From positions 22,156,965 to 22,220,964 of the forward strand of contig CM119269.1 in the NCBI GenBank assembly GCA_051294375.1: 64,000 bases of DNA, in the 5' to 3' direction. Position 1 is the first letter of the stretch. Each line of letters opens with the position of its first letter. A program made the translations under genes and the position numbers. The DNA comes from Paraspadella gotoi (lineage: Eukaryota > Animalia > Chaetognatha). A model generated the notes under the pieces. The model saw nothing but the letters and a program-made list of their open reading frames with translations, ran no database searches and was not told where the DNA came from. Positions 11,075 through 23,059 of the stretch are shown here, piece after piece.

Positions 11075-13036
11075 CAAGTTTGAGCAAACAATGTCGGATC
11101 TGCCTACGATAATTCAGCGGTAATCAGCTAATCAGATAATAAATTTAAAATTTTTTTTAACTCATATCATTTTTTCAACTCGCATCATTTTTTCTACTCG
11201 CATAATTTTTTCAATTTGCATCATTTTTACAATTTGCATCATTTTTTTAATTTGCATGATTTTTATGATCATTTTTAGTACTGATTCATTGAAAAAAAAC
11301 GAGTCTGCAGCTGGCTCTCTTTTCTTTTGCTGCTTCTGCTGCTGCCTTTTGATTTCTTTCTTTTTTTCTAGCTGCCTCTGCTGCTGCCGCTCTCTCTCTC
11401 TCTCTGCGTTTTTATTAAAAAAAAAATTGAATTAAGATTGAACTCGTAAAATTAGGCATCGCATTTGTGCATGTTATCATTTTGCTATGGCAACATCATG
11501 TTTTTATTGCGTTTTTATCTCTCTCTCTCTTTATTCAATTGCGACGATCCTTACTTTTAAGATTTTTTTAACTTGCATCATTTTTTCAACTTGCATAATT
11601 TTTTTAAATTGCATCATTTTTTCATATTAATTAATTAAAATATTTATTAGTAATCATAAATAATAAAGATTCAAGTAAATGTGACTTATGTTTTTTCCAT
11701 TTAACTCATTTTCACTGGCGCAATTCCGTCAAAACTTTATATCTAGCTTCACACACTTTCCTACCCGCTCACAAAATTTCATCTCAATCTATTATGGGTT
11801 AAAATAAGTAAAAAGATGTAAGTAAATGTGACTCATATGTTTTTCATTTAAACTCATTTCATATCATTGACTGATTAATTAGATTGTTAAGTGTCATCTC
11901 ATGCACCGAGTAGTTTGATAAAGAAAAACATCGATTTGGGAAACAGTGCTAATTTTATTTAGACCATGCATTCATTGCTCAGGAGCGGACAGACGCTGGC
12001 AAACATCCTCTGCGCCCCAAACAAAAACAAAGCGTCGCCAAAAAGGGACGCGGAATCTATAGCTTTCGTTGCTCTTGCTCTCCTAAGGCTCGATACATTG
12101 GAGAAAGAAAACTGTCGTAGTTTTGAAACTCGAACGGCAGAACACAAAAGAGCAGCCGAGTCGGGTAATTGGCGTCATTCCGGCTTGACACAACATCGAG
12201 AGCATTGCGATGCCCCTTTCATCTGGGAACCTGAAATCATCTCTCAGCCACGAATCAAAAACCAAGAAAATGCTCAAGCAAACCATCTTAAGAAGTGAAG
12301 AAGGAAGCTCTTTGATTCGTCATTTTGATTGTGGACCAGGCAAAGGGCTCAACGAAGACAAAGGAGCATACGTGAAAACAGATGCATGGAAGCCAATCCT
12401 GGACACCTACATCCCGGACGAAGAACAAGGGGGGGAGGGGATGAGGGATTAATCCCTTTTTGGTTGAAAGTTTCTCTCTCTCTCTCTCTCTCTGAGTCTC
12501 CTCCTCTTCCTCTCACCTTCTCTTTATTTGTAAATAATTTTTTACCTCACCACAATTTCTCTGGCCTTGAATAATGAACCAGCTAAATGGTTTGAATGCA
12601 TGCGTCTAAATAAAATTAGCACTGTTTCCCAAATCGATGTTTTTCTTTATTTGACTATGATTAATTAATTATTGATGAATTAATTGACTAATTGATTAAT
12701 TAACTGATTAATTATTTGATTTATTACTACATACATTTAATATAAAAAGAAAAAGTAGCATAATCAATTAGTGAAACAGGTTTTTGTTTTTTTTATTTAA
12801 ACTCATTTCCACTTGGACGATTTCATCAAAACTTTATATTCAGCTCAATCACTTACTTCCCTACCCACACCAAAATTTTATTCAAATCCATCCATCCAAT
12901 CACGAGTAATTGGTGTTTATAATTATAATAAAGTTCTGACATGATATAAGTTAGTGCCCGACCATATTGAGGGGGCGGACCGACGGACCGTCAAAGTGAA
13001 TTATAGAGTCGGGATCTGCTGAAAGCAGATCCGACT
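11075..13036 (-). mobile_element. Non-autonomous Helentron (HINE / DINE-1-like)
   Basis: One end is AAAA-CAAGTTTGAGCAAACAAT-GTCGGATCTGC; the other is the hairpin AGTCGGGATCTGCT-gaa-AGCAGATCCGACT-AAAAA. Subterminal inverted repeats GTCGGATCTGC/GCAGATCCGAC, inserted in an A/T run, with internal ~150-bp and ~19-bp tandem repeats. The same termini occur at 20143-21765 and 46515-49464. Confidence 0.8.
11918..12650 (+). mobile_element. 5'-truncated Penelope-like retroelement (GIY-YIG C-terminus plus inverted pseudo-LTR) nested in the HINE
   Basis: Frameshifted translation RYIGE..CRSFETRTAEHKRA..SGLTQHREH..W.PEII..LIRH..GLNEDKG..WKPIL resembles the PLE GIY-YIG endonuclease end. A ~57-bp inverted repeat at 11918-11974 / 12593-12650 flanks it, and a decayed hammerhead-like motif with AATAAA lies at 12566-12614. 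Confidence 0.75.
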
Positions 13037-13379
13037 AAAAATGGATTTAAGTACTTTGCTTATTAAGGTTAAGTAGTTTTAGGGTTAGAGGTAGTTTAAG
13101 GGTGGTTCAAGTTAGTTTAAAATTAGGCGTGGTAAGGTTAAAAGGGTTAGGGTATTTTAGTAAGAATTTTTAAAATTTTTGTATTACTATTTAAAAAAGT
13201 AAATCTAAATCGACAAAAGTAAAATTTGTATTAAGTTACAGATTACAATTTAGGGTTAGGAATTGAATTAGGTATTATAGTTATTGGTTAATTAGGTTAA
13301 TTATTAATATTAAAATTAAGTTCATAGATTAAAAAATTTAAATTTTTTTTAAAATTAATAGTATTATAAAAAAACTAGA

Positions 13380-13767
13380 TAGAGATTACACATGGGAGTA
13401 CAGGTACAGTATTTTATTTATGACCAATATTTCGATCCATTGGACAGATCATCTTCAGGGCCAAATGAGTAAGTTAATAGACAGAGCAAATAAAGAAGAG
13501 AGAGAGGAGAGAGAGACCAAAATCAGGGATTAATCCCTCCAACCCCCCCGCCCCTCTCGTTTTTAAAGTCATCCAAGGATCCAAAAGATCCAAGATCGTC
13601 ATTAAGTCCATTAAATCCATCCCTGATTTTGGTCACTCTCTCTCTCTCTTCTTTTTTTGCTTTGTCTATTAACTTACTAATTTGGCCCTGAAGATGATCT
13701 GTCCAATGGATCAAAATATTGGTCATAAATAAAAATAATGTACCTGTACTCCCATGAGTAATCTCTA
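13380..13767. repeat. Inverted repeat with ~150-bp arms and ~90-bp loop (degraded copy at ~22120-22510)
   Basis: 13380-13530 (tagagattacacatgggagtacagg...accaaaatcagggat) is the reverse complement of 13619-13767 with few mismatches. Confidence 0.9.
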
Positions 13768-14077
13768 AATTCATTATCTCGGTACATGCGATGACTCTCA
13801 AAGAATAATAAAAAAACATAATGAGGAATAATAAAGTGGTTGGGGAACTGACTGACTGGCTAACAAGTTAGCTTTTCTCTTTATATGACATCTTAATTTT
13901 AACAAATTATTAAAAATAAAATTATGGATTACAAATATTAGAAAATCTTAACATAGCACCAATTACCTTAATTTCAGATCAAATAATTGACTAATATATA
14001 AACAAAATATTAAAAAAAAATAAACAAATAACATTATTTAATCATAATAAAAGATTGCAAACAAGAAAGTACAACAA

Positions 14078-16805
14078 TTAATCTTGAAAAGAGAGCAATT
14101 TGGTACGCATGTCAGCTAGTTTTTTTTTCAATTCTTCAATTTTATTATTCGCTGAAGAAGATGATCCTAAAAAAAGAAATAATTTTTTAAGGAGAGCCAG
14201 ATAGATTTTTTTTAGTTTTAACTTTATGGGTACCTTTGGCATCGTCAGTTGACCCTTCTCGTATGAAATCATCTTTGACAGTTGTGTTGACATGTGGAAG
14301 ATGTGATTTATGAGCTGCAATTTTATCTTCTTCAAATTCTTCCGATTTTGATGGAAATAAAGAGGTTTTTTGACTAGAACTTACTGGCGATGATTTCTCT
14401 TCAAAAATCATATCCTCTTGATTGTCATAGTACGTTTCCTCATCCTCCAAATGAAATTCAAAGTCTTTTGAATCGTTACGGATTTTATTAGCTATAAACT
14501 CATCAATGGTTGACTGACTTTTATCTTTATCTNNNNNNNNNNNNNNNNNNNNNNNNNNNNNNNNNNNNNNNNNNNNNNNNNNNNNNNNNNNNNNNNNNNN
14601 NNNNNNNNNNNNNNNNNNNNNNNNNNNNNNNNNNNNNNNNNNNNNNNNNNNNNNNNNNNNNNNNNNNNNNNNNNNNNNNNNNNNNNNNNNNNNNNNNNNN
14701 NNNNNNNNNNNNNNNNNNNNNNNNNNNNNNNNNNNNNNNNNNNNNNNNNNNNNNNNNNNNNNNNNNNNNNNNNNNNNNNNNNNNNNNNNNNNNNNNNNNN
14801 NNNNNNNNNNNNNNNNNNNNNNNNNNNNNNNNNNNNNNNNNNNNNNNNNNNNNNNNNNNNNNNNNNNNNNNNNNNNNNNNNNNNNNNNNNNNNNNNNNNN
14901 NNNNNNNNNNNNNNNNNNNNNNNAATCTAATACCGCTGGGAATATTATTGTTTTTACAATTAACGGATTTCTCAACGCTGGAGGATTGTTGCACTGGACT
15001 CGGGACTGTTTTTAATTGATCAGATGATTCATTAGAGCAAATAAATTTTTCTTCCATTTGTTTTTTAGTTTTGTCACGGCAAGTGGTCGGGCTTCATTTG
15101 GTGAATGTCTAAGCAAGGATTCTTCACCTTCTCATAGGCATCCGTATCTTCACCAGAATCAGATTCATGTTCTGTTTTGTTTTTTTTTTGTTTTTTTTAT
15201 TTCTCTTTGCCTTTTTCTTTTTACAAGGATTTAATATCTTCATCGAAGGGTTTGCGTTTTCAATAAGTTTTAGTTTGTAATTTGCTCAACCGTTGAAGAC
15301 TGACTTTAATGTTTTCAACTCGACAGACTTGGAGCTTTGAAGCCATTCTTCTTTCCCTTTCCCCTTTCCTTTTCCTTTTCCCTTGCCTTTTCCCTTCCCC
15401 TTAGGATCTTTCTTGCCAAAATCTTCTAACGCATGTTCCCAAGACGTGAATAATCCAAAATGCTCGCGCGTAGTATTGGTTGAAAATTGGTTCAAATTTT
15501 GATAGGGTCAGTCATTGGTTCATCTTTCAGTTTTCAACTGAAATTGGATGTGCATGCCTGAGGAAGAGTCGCTTAATTTTTCTTGGGCTTTTTTCCCAAA
15601 TTGCTCGTGACCAGACTAATAACATCCTCCTCTCTTTTGTGTTTTTTTTTGAACTAAAAATTAACTTTTTATTAGAATATATAATAGTTTTATGACTTAG
15701 GTCTTTATTAATATTTTAAAATCTGCCTCTATACTGATAAATATAATTTTTTTAAAAAATAATTTTATTACCTTGAATCGCCATGAGGCAAGTCGGCCGA
15801 AGGCCCTGGGGGAGTCGGTGGCGGTGTGTGAATGACCGCGCTACAAAAGAAATTAAAAAAAAGAAAAAAATATATATAGAATAATGATGATTATTTCGGT
15901 AAAACTGAAAAAACGACAGAACTTCTGTCAGAAGCAGGGACATGTACATAAAATGGTAAAATTTTACTTTCGCTGACCGGAGCTTTAGCGTCTTCTATAA
16001 AACCACTTAAAATACTTATCTGAAAAAAAAATTGTAAAAATTATTAACTAATTAGTAATTACCATAATCAACCCTAACCCTAAATGACCCCTAAGCTACC
16101 CTTAACCACCCTTAACCGTAAAGTCTCATAACCTCGATCCGCGAAAGTAAAATTATGCCACAAACATTAGGAACAGAGTTTGATAATTGGCAACAAAAAT
16201 TTATTTCAGAATAAAACGTACATGTTTCGGCTCTATGTGCATTGTACATAGTACAAGCCTTCAAAATAAATTGTTGTTGCCAATTATCAAACTATGAAAT
16301 ATTAATGATGCTTATCAATTAAAAAAAATTGTTCAATGTAGCGTACATGTTCTGGTAAAATGTTTGTGGCATTATGTGATAATCCTTTCTTTTTTGTTGT
16401 GATGTAGATTAGGAACAGAGTTTGATAATTATTTATTTCAGAATGAAACACATGTTTCGGCTCTATGTACATTGTACATTGTACAAGCCTTCATAATAAA
16501 TTGTTGTTGCCAATAATCAAACTCTGTTCCTAATCTACATCACAACAAAAAAGAAAGGATTATCACATAATGCCACAAACATTTTACCAGAACATGTACG
16601 CTACATTGAAACAATTTTTTTTAATTGATAAGCATCATTAATATTTCATAGGACAATAATAATTCAAATTTAAAATATTAATACAAAATTAATACCTGGT
16701 CGTTTCCGGGGCCGGTAAGACAGGCCTGGGCACATTCAAGATCACATAACTTTTGCCAGAATTGCGATCGAAAATTTTCTTTGTTGTCACGCTCAAAGGG
16801 TCCAT
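14078..16805 (-). CDS. Uncharacterised low-complexity protein gene (Pro/Ser-rich N-terminus, GK repeat, acidic region, C-terminal coiled coil); copy A is disrupted by a deletion and frameshifts
   Basis: Exons ~16805-16696 (MDPLSVTTKKIFDRNSGKSYVILNVPRPVLPAPETT), 15841-15772 (AVIHTPPPTPPGPS), a large exon ending at 14234 (DPKGKGKGKGK..., EFHLEDEETYYDNQED) and 14166-14078 (GSSSSANNKIEELKKKLADMRTKLLSFQD*). Splice sites are GT/AG. No family recognised. Confidence 0.55.
16150..16651. mobile_element. Nested hairpins made of inverted Penelope-type pseudo-LTR pieces with truncated hammerhead motifs (copy at ~25320-25822)
   Basis: Near-perfect inverted arms 16292-16426 / 16515-16651, plus a smaller hairpin 16170-16293. 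Each loop reads (A)TGAAGGCT...AGCC-GAAACATGT on the minus strand, followed by AATAAA. Confidence 0.6.
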
Positions 16806-17989
16806 CGTGAGTTGGAAATTTACAATAACACAGATAAGTAACGCGGGCGTCGAAACTGAGATACTGCGGGCCAGGAACAGTTAACAAAGAAACGATCCTC
16901 CTGGCTGAACGAGACGGGTTGGTTTCTCTCTTTTCCGCCAGGGGGAAAAAGGAGAAAGAAAAAAAGAGACGAAGAGAGAGACGCTTTTCTTCTCGAACAA
17001 ATGAACAGCGCACCAGTGAGTTTTCTTTTTATTCGCGTCGCGTGACTGACTGATTCAAAATTTTTGTTTTCTTCCTGTTTTCAGTTTTTTACTGGGAAAC
17101 CTTGTTTTGTTTTGCCATTAAGTCTTCACTGCAGATTACCGCAGTAACAGATGTCTTCTTTTTTTTCTGATTGCTGTTTTCAAAATTTAAAAAAAAATTA
17201 AAAAAGGTGATTCATCACACTTGAGCTTCTGGGAGAAAAGATATTGTAATTGTGCCGAAATCAATCGTTACTTATTTTTTATTGTAAAACGGAAAGTCGT
17301 TAAAACATGTCAGGTTGAGGAGAGAGAGAGAGAGAGCCCTCCGTTCATCAACAAATCCAAAGTACCATACCCTTCTCTTACGAAACTTGTTCATGTAAAA
17401 GTTAAATTTAAAACATTTAATATCCTCAATTGCGAACTGCCGCCATCTGACTCTTCTATAATATTTAACTTAAAATATTTTAAATGATAAAAATTTAACA
17501 TTTTTATCCCCCTATCAATTACATCGGTCAAATTAATGTTTATTCGTTAACGGGAGCTTTTTAGGTTGTTCTGTAACATCCTCTCTAAAGGATTGAACTC
17601 TAGACGTCCTTGTCTCGAACCTACTATATAATAAAACGCCAGATCACAAATGTTAACTATTAATCTTCGCCCGCTTCATATTTTTTTATTGCTAATTAGT
17701 AATTTATGCATTTATGCATGGATTATTTTAATGTTTTATAAAATGAACCGAACAAAACGTTTACTTACAAACCATTTCATACGCAACTAAACTCTCAAAG
17801 CCGTTGGCGATCCCATCCAACTCAGACACAATTATCAAAGCCTCTTATGTCCGCAGCGGATGACCAAACGTGTCGCCGAGTTGTTTATATGATTTCCTAA
17901 CTGAAGGTTGTTGTCTTTGTGTTTTTACCTTTTTTTAATTAAAGGAAGAAAAATCAAAATCTTTATGGTGGACCACCAACCGTTTGTCA

Positions 17990-18177
17990 GCGGCCATTGG
18001 TGCCGGAGGCAAGTCATTCGCTTCCCAACCCAAAGGTCCGCGGTTCTAGCCCGGTGGTCGTCTAGCAGTTAAGAGGGACGGGGCGCTTAACCCACCGGTA
18101 ACGCGGTGTTACAGCCTGATCCGTAGCTCACGGACTGCTTACATTGAACGTTCTGTCACTAACACACAACAATAATT
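17990..18177 (+). mobile_element. tRNA-derived SINE (head resembles tRNA-Gly(CCC)); second copy at ~27162-27347
   Basis: Acceptor-like stem GCGGCCA/TGGTCGT, A-box-like TGGTGCCGGAGG, TT-CCC-AA loop, B-box-like GGTTCTAGCCC, an unrelated body and an (ACA/AAT)n tail. The anticodon stem is broken, so this is not a functional tRNA. Confidence 0.55.
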
Positions 18178-20142
18178 ACTGTCTCTTCGTCTTATTATTT
18201 GTTTGCTACCAACGACGGTGTTTTTTAAACATGAAAAATATTTAAATACGGACATGTTTCAGTTTCGGCTCTTATTGCGAGGTTTAATCATCGCGAAATA
18301 AAAACTCATCGCTGAAGACTCAATACGCAGGTCGTACTCTTAAAGACCTCTTTGAAAGGTAGATATAGAATTGACAGTCGTCTGTTAATAAGGTAAGTTA
18401 TTACTTACTAACTAATTCAACAAGGGACGCGAATTTTATACTCGGTGACAATTATAAAGAGAGTTTAACGAACTTCAAATGGCCGACGACGACAACAACA
18501 ACAGCCCAAACAACGCTCACGACCCCTTCACTCCGAAGCATGGAGCGGAAGACCACATTGAGTCAATGTGGTCTTCCGCTGAATTCCGCACATTGACATT
18601 CCGACGGTGGGGTCCCCATGTTGACGGCGATTTTCCTTGGACGAAAACGGCGGGCCCCATACAACAGTCTTAAAAGTTAAAATTATTCCAATTTGTTATA
18701 TATGGCTGAATGATGTACATTGAATTTAATAGTTTAATTTCATAATGTTAAATAAATTTGACCCTCTATTCTGCTTTGGCTGAGACTAGCAGTCGTATAA
18801 TAATATTATTGATAGAAACATTAGAAACATTAAAAATATAATGATTTTTTTTAAAATCTGAATTAAAATTTATATCTTTTATATTTTTTATNNNNNNNNN
18901 NAAGTCTGAATTAAAATTTATATCTTTTATTAGAACCAAATTCCTAAACTCGATCCCAAACCTTTTTTNNNNNNNNNNNNNNNNNNNNNNNNNNNNNNNN
19001 NNNNNNNNNNNNNNNNNNNNNNNNNNNNNNNNNNNNNNNNNNNNNNNNNNNNNNNNNNNNNNNNNNNNNNNNNNNNNNNNNNNNNNNNNNNNNNNNNNNN
19101 NNNNNNNNNNNNNNNNNNNNNNNNNNNNNNNNNNNNNNNNNNNNNNNNNNNNNNNNNNNNNNNNNNNNNNNNNNNNNNNNNNNNNNNNNNNNNNNNNNNN
19201 NNNNNNNNNNNNNNNNNNNNNNNNNNNNNNNNNNNNNNNNNNNNNNNNNNNNNNNNNNNNNNNNNNNNNNNNNNNNNNNNNNNNNNNNNNNNNNNNNNNN
19301 NNNNNNNNNNNNNNNNNNNNNNNNNNNNNNNNNNNNNNNNNNNNNNNNNNNNNNNNNNNNNNNNNNNNNNNNNNNNNNNNNNNNNNNNNNNNNNNNNNNN
19401 NNNNNNNNNNNNNNNNNNNNNNNNNNNNNNNNNNNNNNNNNNNNNNNNNNNNNNNNNNNNNNNNNNNNNGTTTTTTACAGCGAATCCAAATCAGTTCTTA
19501 AAAAAAAATATATATTTTGAAATTTGACGATTTTATAAGGATATTACTACAAAGCTGTATTTATACGATGTTAATAAAAAAATGTAATAAGTTTTTTCTT
19601 TGCCAACATGAATCGTCATTTTTGAAATGTGATTTGTCTTAAAACGTTAGTCAATATGCGATTATGTAATGTAAGTAATATATTTTAAGAATAATTGGCT
19701 TTTTTCATAATAATGATCATGAAGTAAAATATATCATCAAGAATTCACGATGCCATACGTAAATAATGCGCACGCATATATTACTTAGTATTTTTATACA
19801 TAATAATTTCATCTAGTGATTCTCGTTATAATAATATCCAATAGCCATACTGATGGAGTTTTAAAATCATCTTAGCTTATAAGTTAAATACTAATCATTT
19901 CATAATCTTAAATAACTAATTGAACTTTTGCTTGATATCAACTCTTGCCATTCTAAAATAACAGGTTTCTGCCATCTTTTCATGATTTACAAAAATCGCG
20001 AAGAAATAAAAGACTAACGAAATAGAACAATGGTACATACGACGCTCCAATAGATCAACTACAAAGGTAGTTTTTAGAGAGTTAAACGGGGCATGACTCT
20101 GAATCTGGCTTATTTTTCCAAAACGATCCAATTCATCTAAAA

Positions 20143-21765
20143 CAAGTTTGAGCAAACAATGTCGGATCTGCCTAACGATAATCAGCGGTTAATCAGCTAA
20201 TCAGATATAAATCACAATTTTTTTTAAAATTTTTTTTTAACTCGCATCATTTTTTCAATCGCATCATTTTTTCTACTTGTATCATTTTTTTATACTCGCA
20301 TAATTTTTTCAATTTGCATCATTTTTACAATTGCATCATTTTTTTAATTGCCATGATTTTTATGATCATTTTTAGTGCTTAGATTCATTGAAAAAAAACG
20401 AGTCTGGCAGCTGTCTGCAGTTCCTTCTTTTTCTCATCTTGTCTGCTTCTGCTTGCTGTTGCCTTTTGATTTCTTTCTTTTTTCTCACTGCTCTGCTGCT
20501 TGCCGCTCTCTCTCTCTCTCTGCGTTTTTTATTAAAAAAAATTGAATTAAGATTGAACTCGTAAAATTAGGCATCGCATTTGTGCATTTATCATTATGCT
20601 ATGGCAAACATCATGTTTTTATTGCCGTTTTTATCTCTCTCTCTCTTTATTCAATTGCGACGATCCTTACTTTTAAGATTTTTTTAACTTGCATCATTTT
20701 TTCAACTTGCCAATAATTTTTTAAATTGCATCATTTTTTCATATAATTAATTAATTTAAAATATTTATAGTATCATAAATAATAAAGATTCAAGTAAATG
20801 TACTTATGTTTTCCATTTAACTCATTTTCACTGCAGGCAATTCCGTCAAAACTTTATATCTAGCTCACACACTTTCCTACCCCGCTCACAAAATTTCATC
20901 TCAATCTATTATGGGTTAAAATAAGTAAAAAGATTTAAGTAAATGTGACTCATATGTTTTTCATTTTAAACTCATTTCATATCATTCGAAATGATTTATC
21001 ATCCAGCACGTAGTTAAAAAAAACTGTTTGAAAAGTGTATTATAGACTGATTATGTCAGGAGGGAGACTGGCACATCCCGCCAAACAACTCCAAAAAGAG
21101 GGATCTATGTTTCTTCTTGCTCTCTAGCTCAATTAGAACCTGTGTAGTTTTGAAATCGATGAGAAAGACCGATCGGTTGCGCATTCGTTGACACACAGAT
21201 TCACCTAATGCCTGACATCTTCACACAATAAACATGCCAACACATAAGAGAAGAAGCTCTTTGGATGTCATTTATGGACCACAAGGCTAAAAAGCTGACA
21301 ACATGGAAGCTCCGACTAGGCAGCAAGGGGGGATGAGGGATTAACCTTTTTGGAGCCTTTGTCTTCATCTCTCACTTCTATGTTTTTTTCTTCACACCTT
21401 TCTCGCTTGATATAACCCTAAAGTTTGAAGCATGTCTATATAGCACGTAATCATCTTTTTGACTGATATTGATGTATTACTATTGATTTATTACTATATA
21501 TTGTTTACAATACATTAATAAAGAGCTTATTATAACAGGTTTGTTTTATAAACTACCTGACATCACAACTTTATATCACTCATCACTTACTCCTACCCAC
21601 ACAATCAAATCCATCCATCCAATCACGAGTAATTTGGTGTTATAATTATAATAAAGTTCTGACATGATATAAGTTAGTGGCCCGACATATTGAGGGGGCG
21701 GATCCGATCGGACCGTCAAATGTGAATTATTAGAGTCGGGATCTGCTGATAAGCAGATTCCGACT
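20143..21765 (-). mobile_element. HINE in copy B (error-rich duplicate of 11075-13036, including a degraded Penelope insert)
   Basis: Same CAAGTTTGAGCAAACAATGTCGGATCTGC end and terminal hairpin. Confidence 0.75.
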
Positions 21766-23059
21766 AAAATGGATTAAGTACTTTTGCTATTAGGTTAAGT
21801 AGTTTTAGGGTTAGAGGTAGTATTAAGGGGTGGTTCAGAGTTCAGTTTAAAATTAGGGGTTGGTAAGGGTTAAAAGGGTTAGGGTATTTTAGTAAGAATT
21901 TTTAAAATTTTTGTATTACTATTTAAAAAAAGTAAATCTAAATCGACAAAAGTAAAAAATTTGTATTAAGTTACAGATTACCAATTAGGTTAGGAATTGA
22001 ATTAGGTATTATAGTTTATTGGTTAATTAGGTTAATTATTAATATTAAAATTAAGATTCATTGATTAAAAATTTAATTTTTTTAAATATTAATTAATGAA
22101 TGTAATAAAAAAACTAGAATAGAGATTACACATGGGAGTACAGGTACAGTATTTTATTCTATTTATGACAATATTTCGATCCATTGGACAGATCATTCTT
22201 CAGCGGCAATGAGTAGTTAATAGACAGAGCAAATAAAGAAGAGAGAGAGGAGAGAGAGACCAAAATCATGGGATTAATCCCTCCACCCCCCGCCCCTCCT
22301 TCGTTTGTTAAAGTCTCCAGGACAAAGATCCAAGATCGTCATTAAGTCTATTAAATCCATCCCTGATTTACGTGGTCTATGTAACTCTCTGCTCTCTATC
22401 ATTTTTTAGCTTTGTTCATATTAACTTTATTGGCCCTGACAGATGATTACTGCTCCACATGGATCAAGAATTAAGTTGAGATATTACTGCACTATACCCA
22501 TGTTGAATACTAAATTATATTAAGCATACACGTGAAATACTACTAAAACAACAATTGAAATCTTGAATGCGAGAATAAGTGTTGTATCGGCGATAGCCTA
22601 GGCTAAACAAGTTTAACTTTGTTATAGACTCTGATGTACTATGCAAATATTAAAACACTTTAATTAGACTCTTTCAAAAACTCTATGAAGCAAAAATGCT
22701 ATGTGATATAATAAGCTAGTTTCAAAGGGAACATGACTGAATGCGCTAAGCAAGTTAACTTTCCAATATTTATGAAAAACATCTTAATATTAACTAAACT
22801 CTGATCTAAATTAAAAACTTAGTGAGAGTCACAAATATTCAAGGGAGAAATCTTAATTAACATATTGCCCAGCGTACTTAGACTAACAGATTCATATAAT
22901 GTCATGAACCGATTCAAAGATAATAATAAATACAAACTAATATCTAACTAATGAATGAGATACGCAAGCAAATTACCGCACATATGTCAGTAGTTTGTAA
23001 TCTAGCAATGTTAAATTTATTGATTGCTGCTAAATAAGACAAGTCTACAAGAAATATAA

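Larger units (their letters stand above)
10470..19550 (+). repeat. Copy A of a ~9.1-kb direct tandem duplication
   Basis: 10470 (aagctgtattatacgatg) recurs at 19552. The end of A (19470-19550) matches 28521-28600. Confidence 0.95.

Noticed and set aside
14533-14923. 391-N gap and the long X-containing ORFs across it (similarly 57025-57617)
   Set aside because: Copy B (23591-23610) reads straight through with the flanks overlapping at atct, so this gap has no real length and the ORFs are artefacts.
17990-18061. Functional tRNA-Gly(CCC)
   Set aside because: The anticodon and T stems do not pair properly and there is no poly-T terminator; it continues into a SINE-like body and tail.
19916-20155. 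79-aa ORF beside the HINE as a possible transposon protein
   Set aside because: The frame is not preserved in copy A (10850-11070) and has no recognisable motif.
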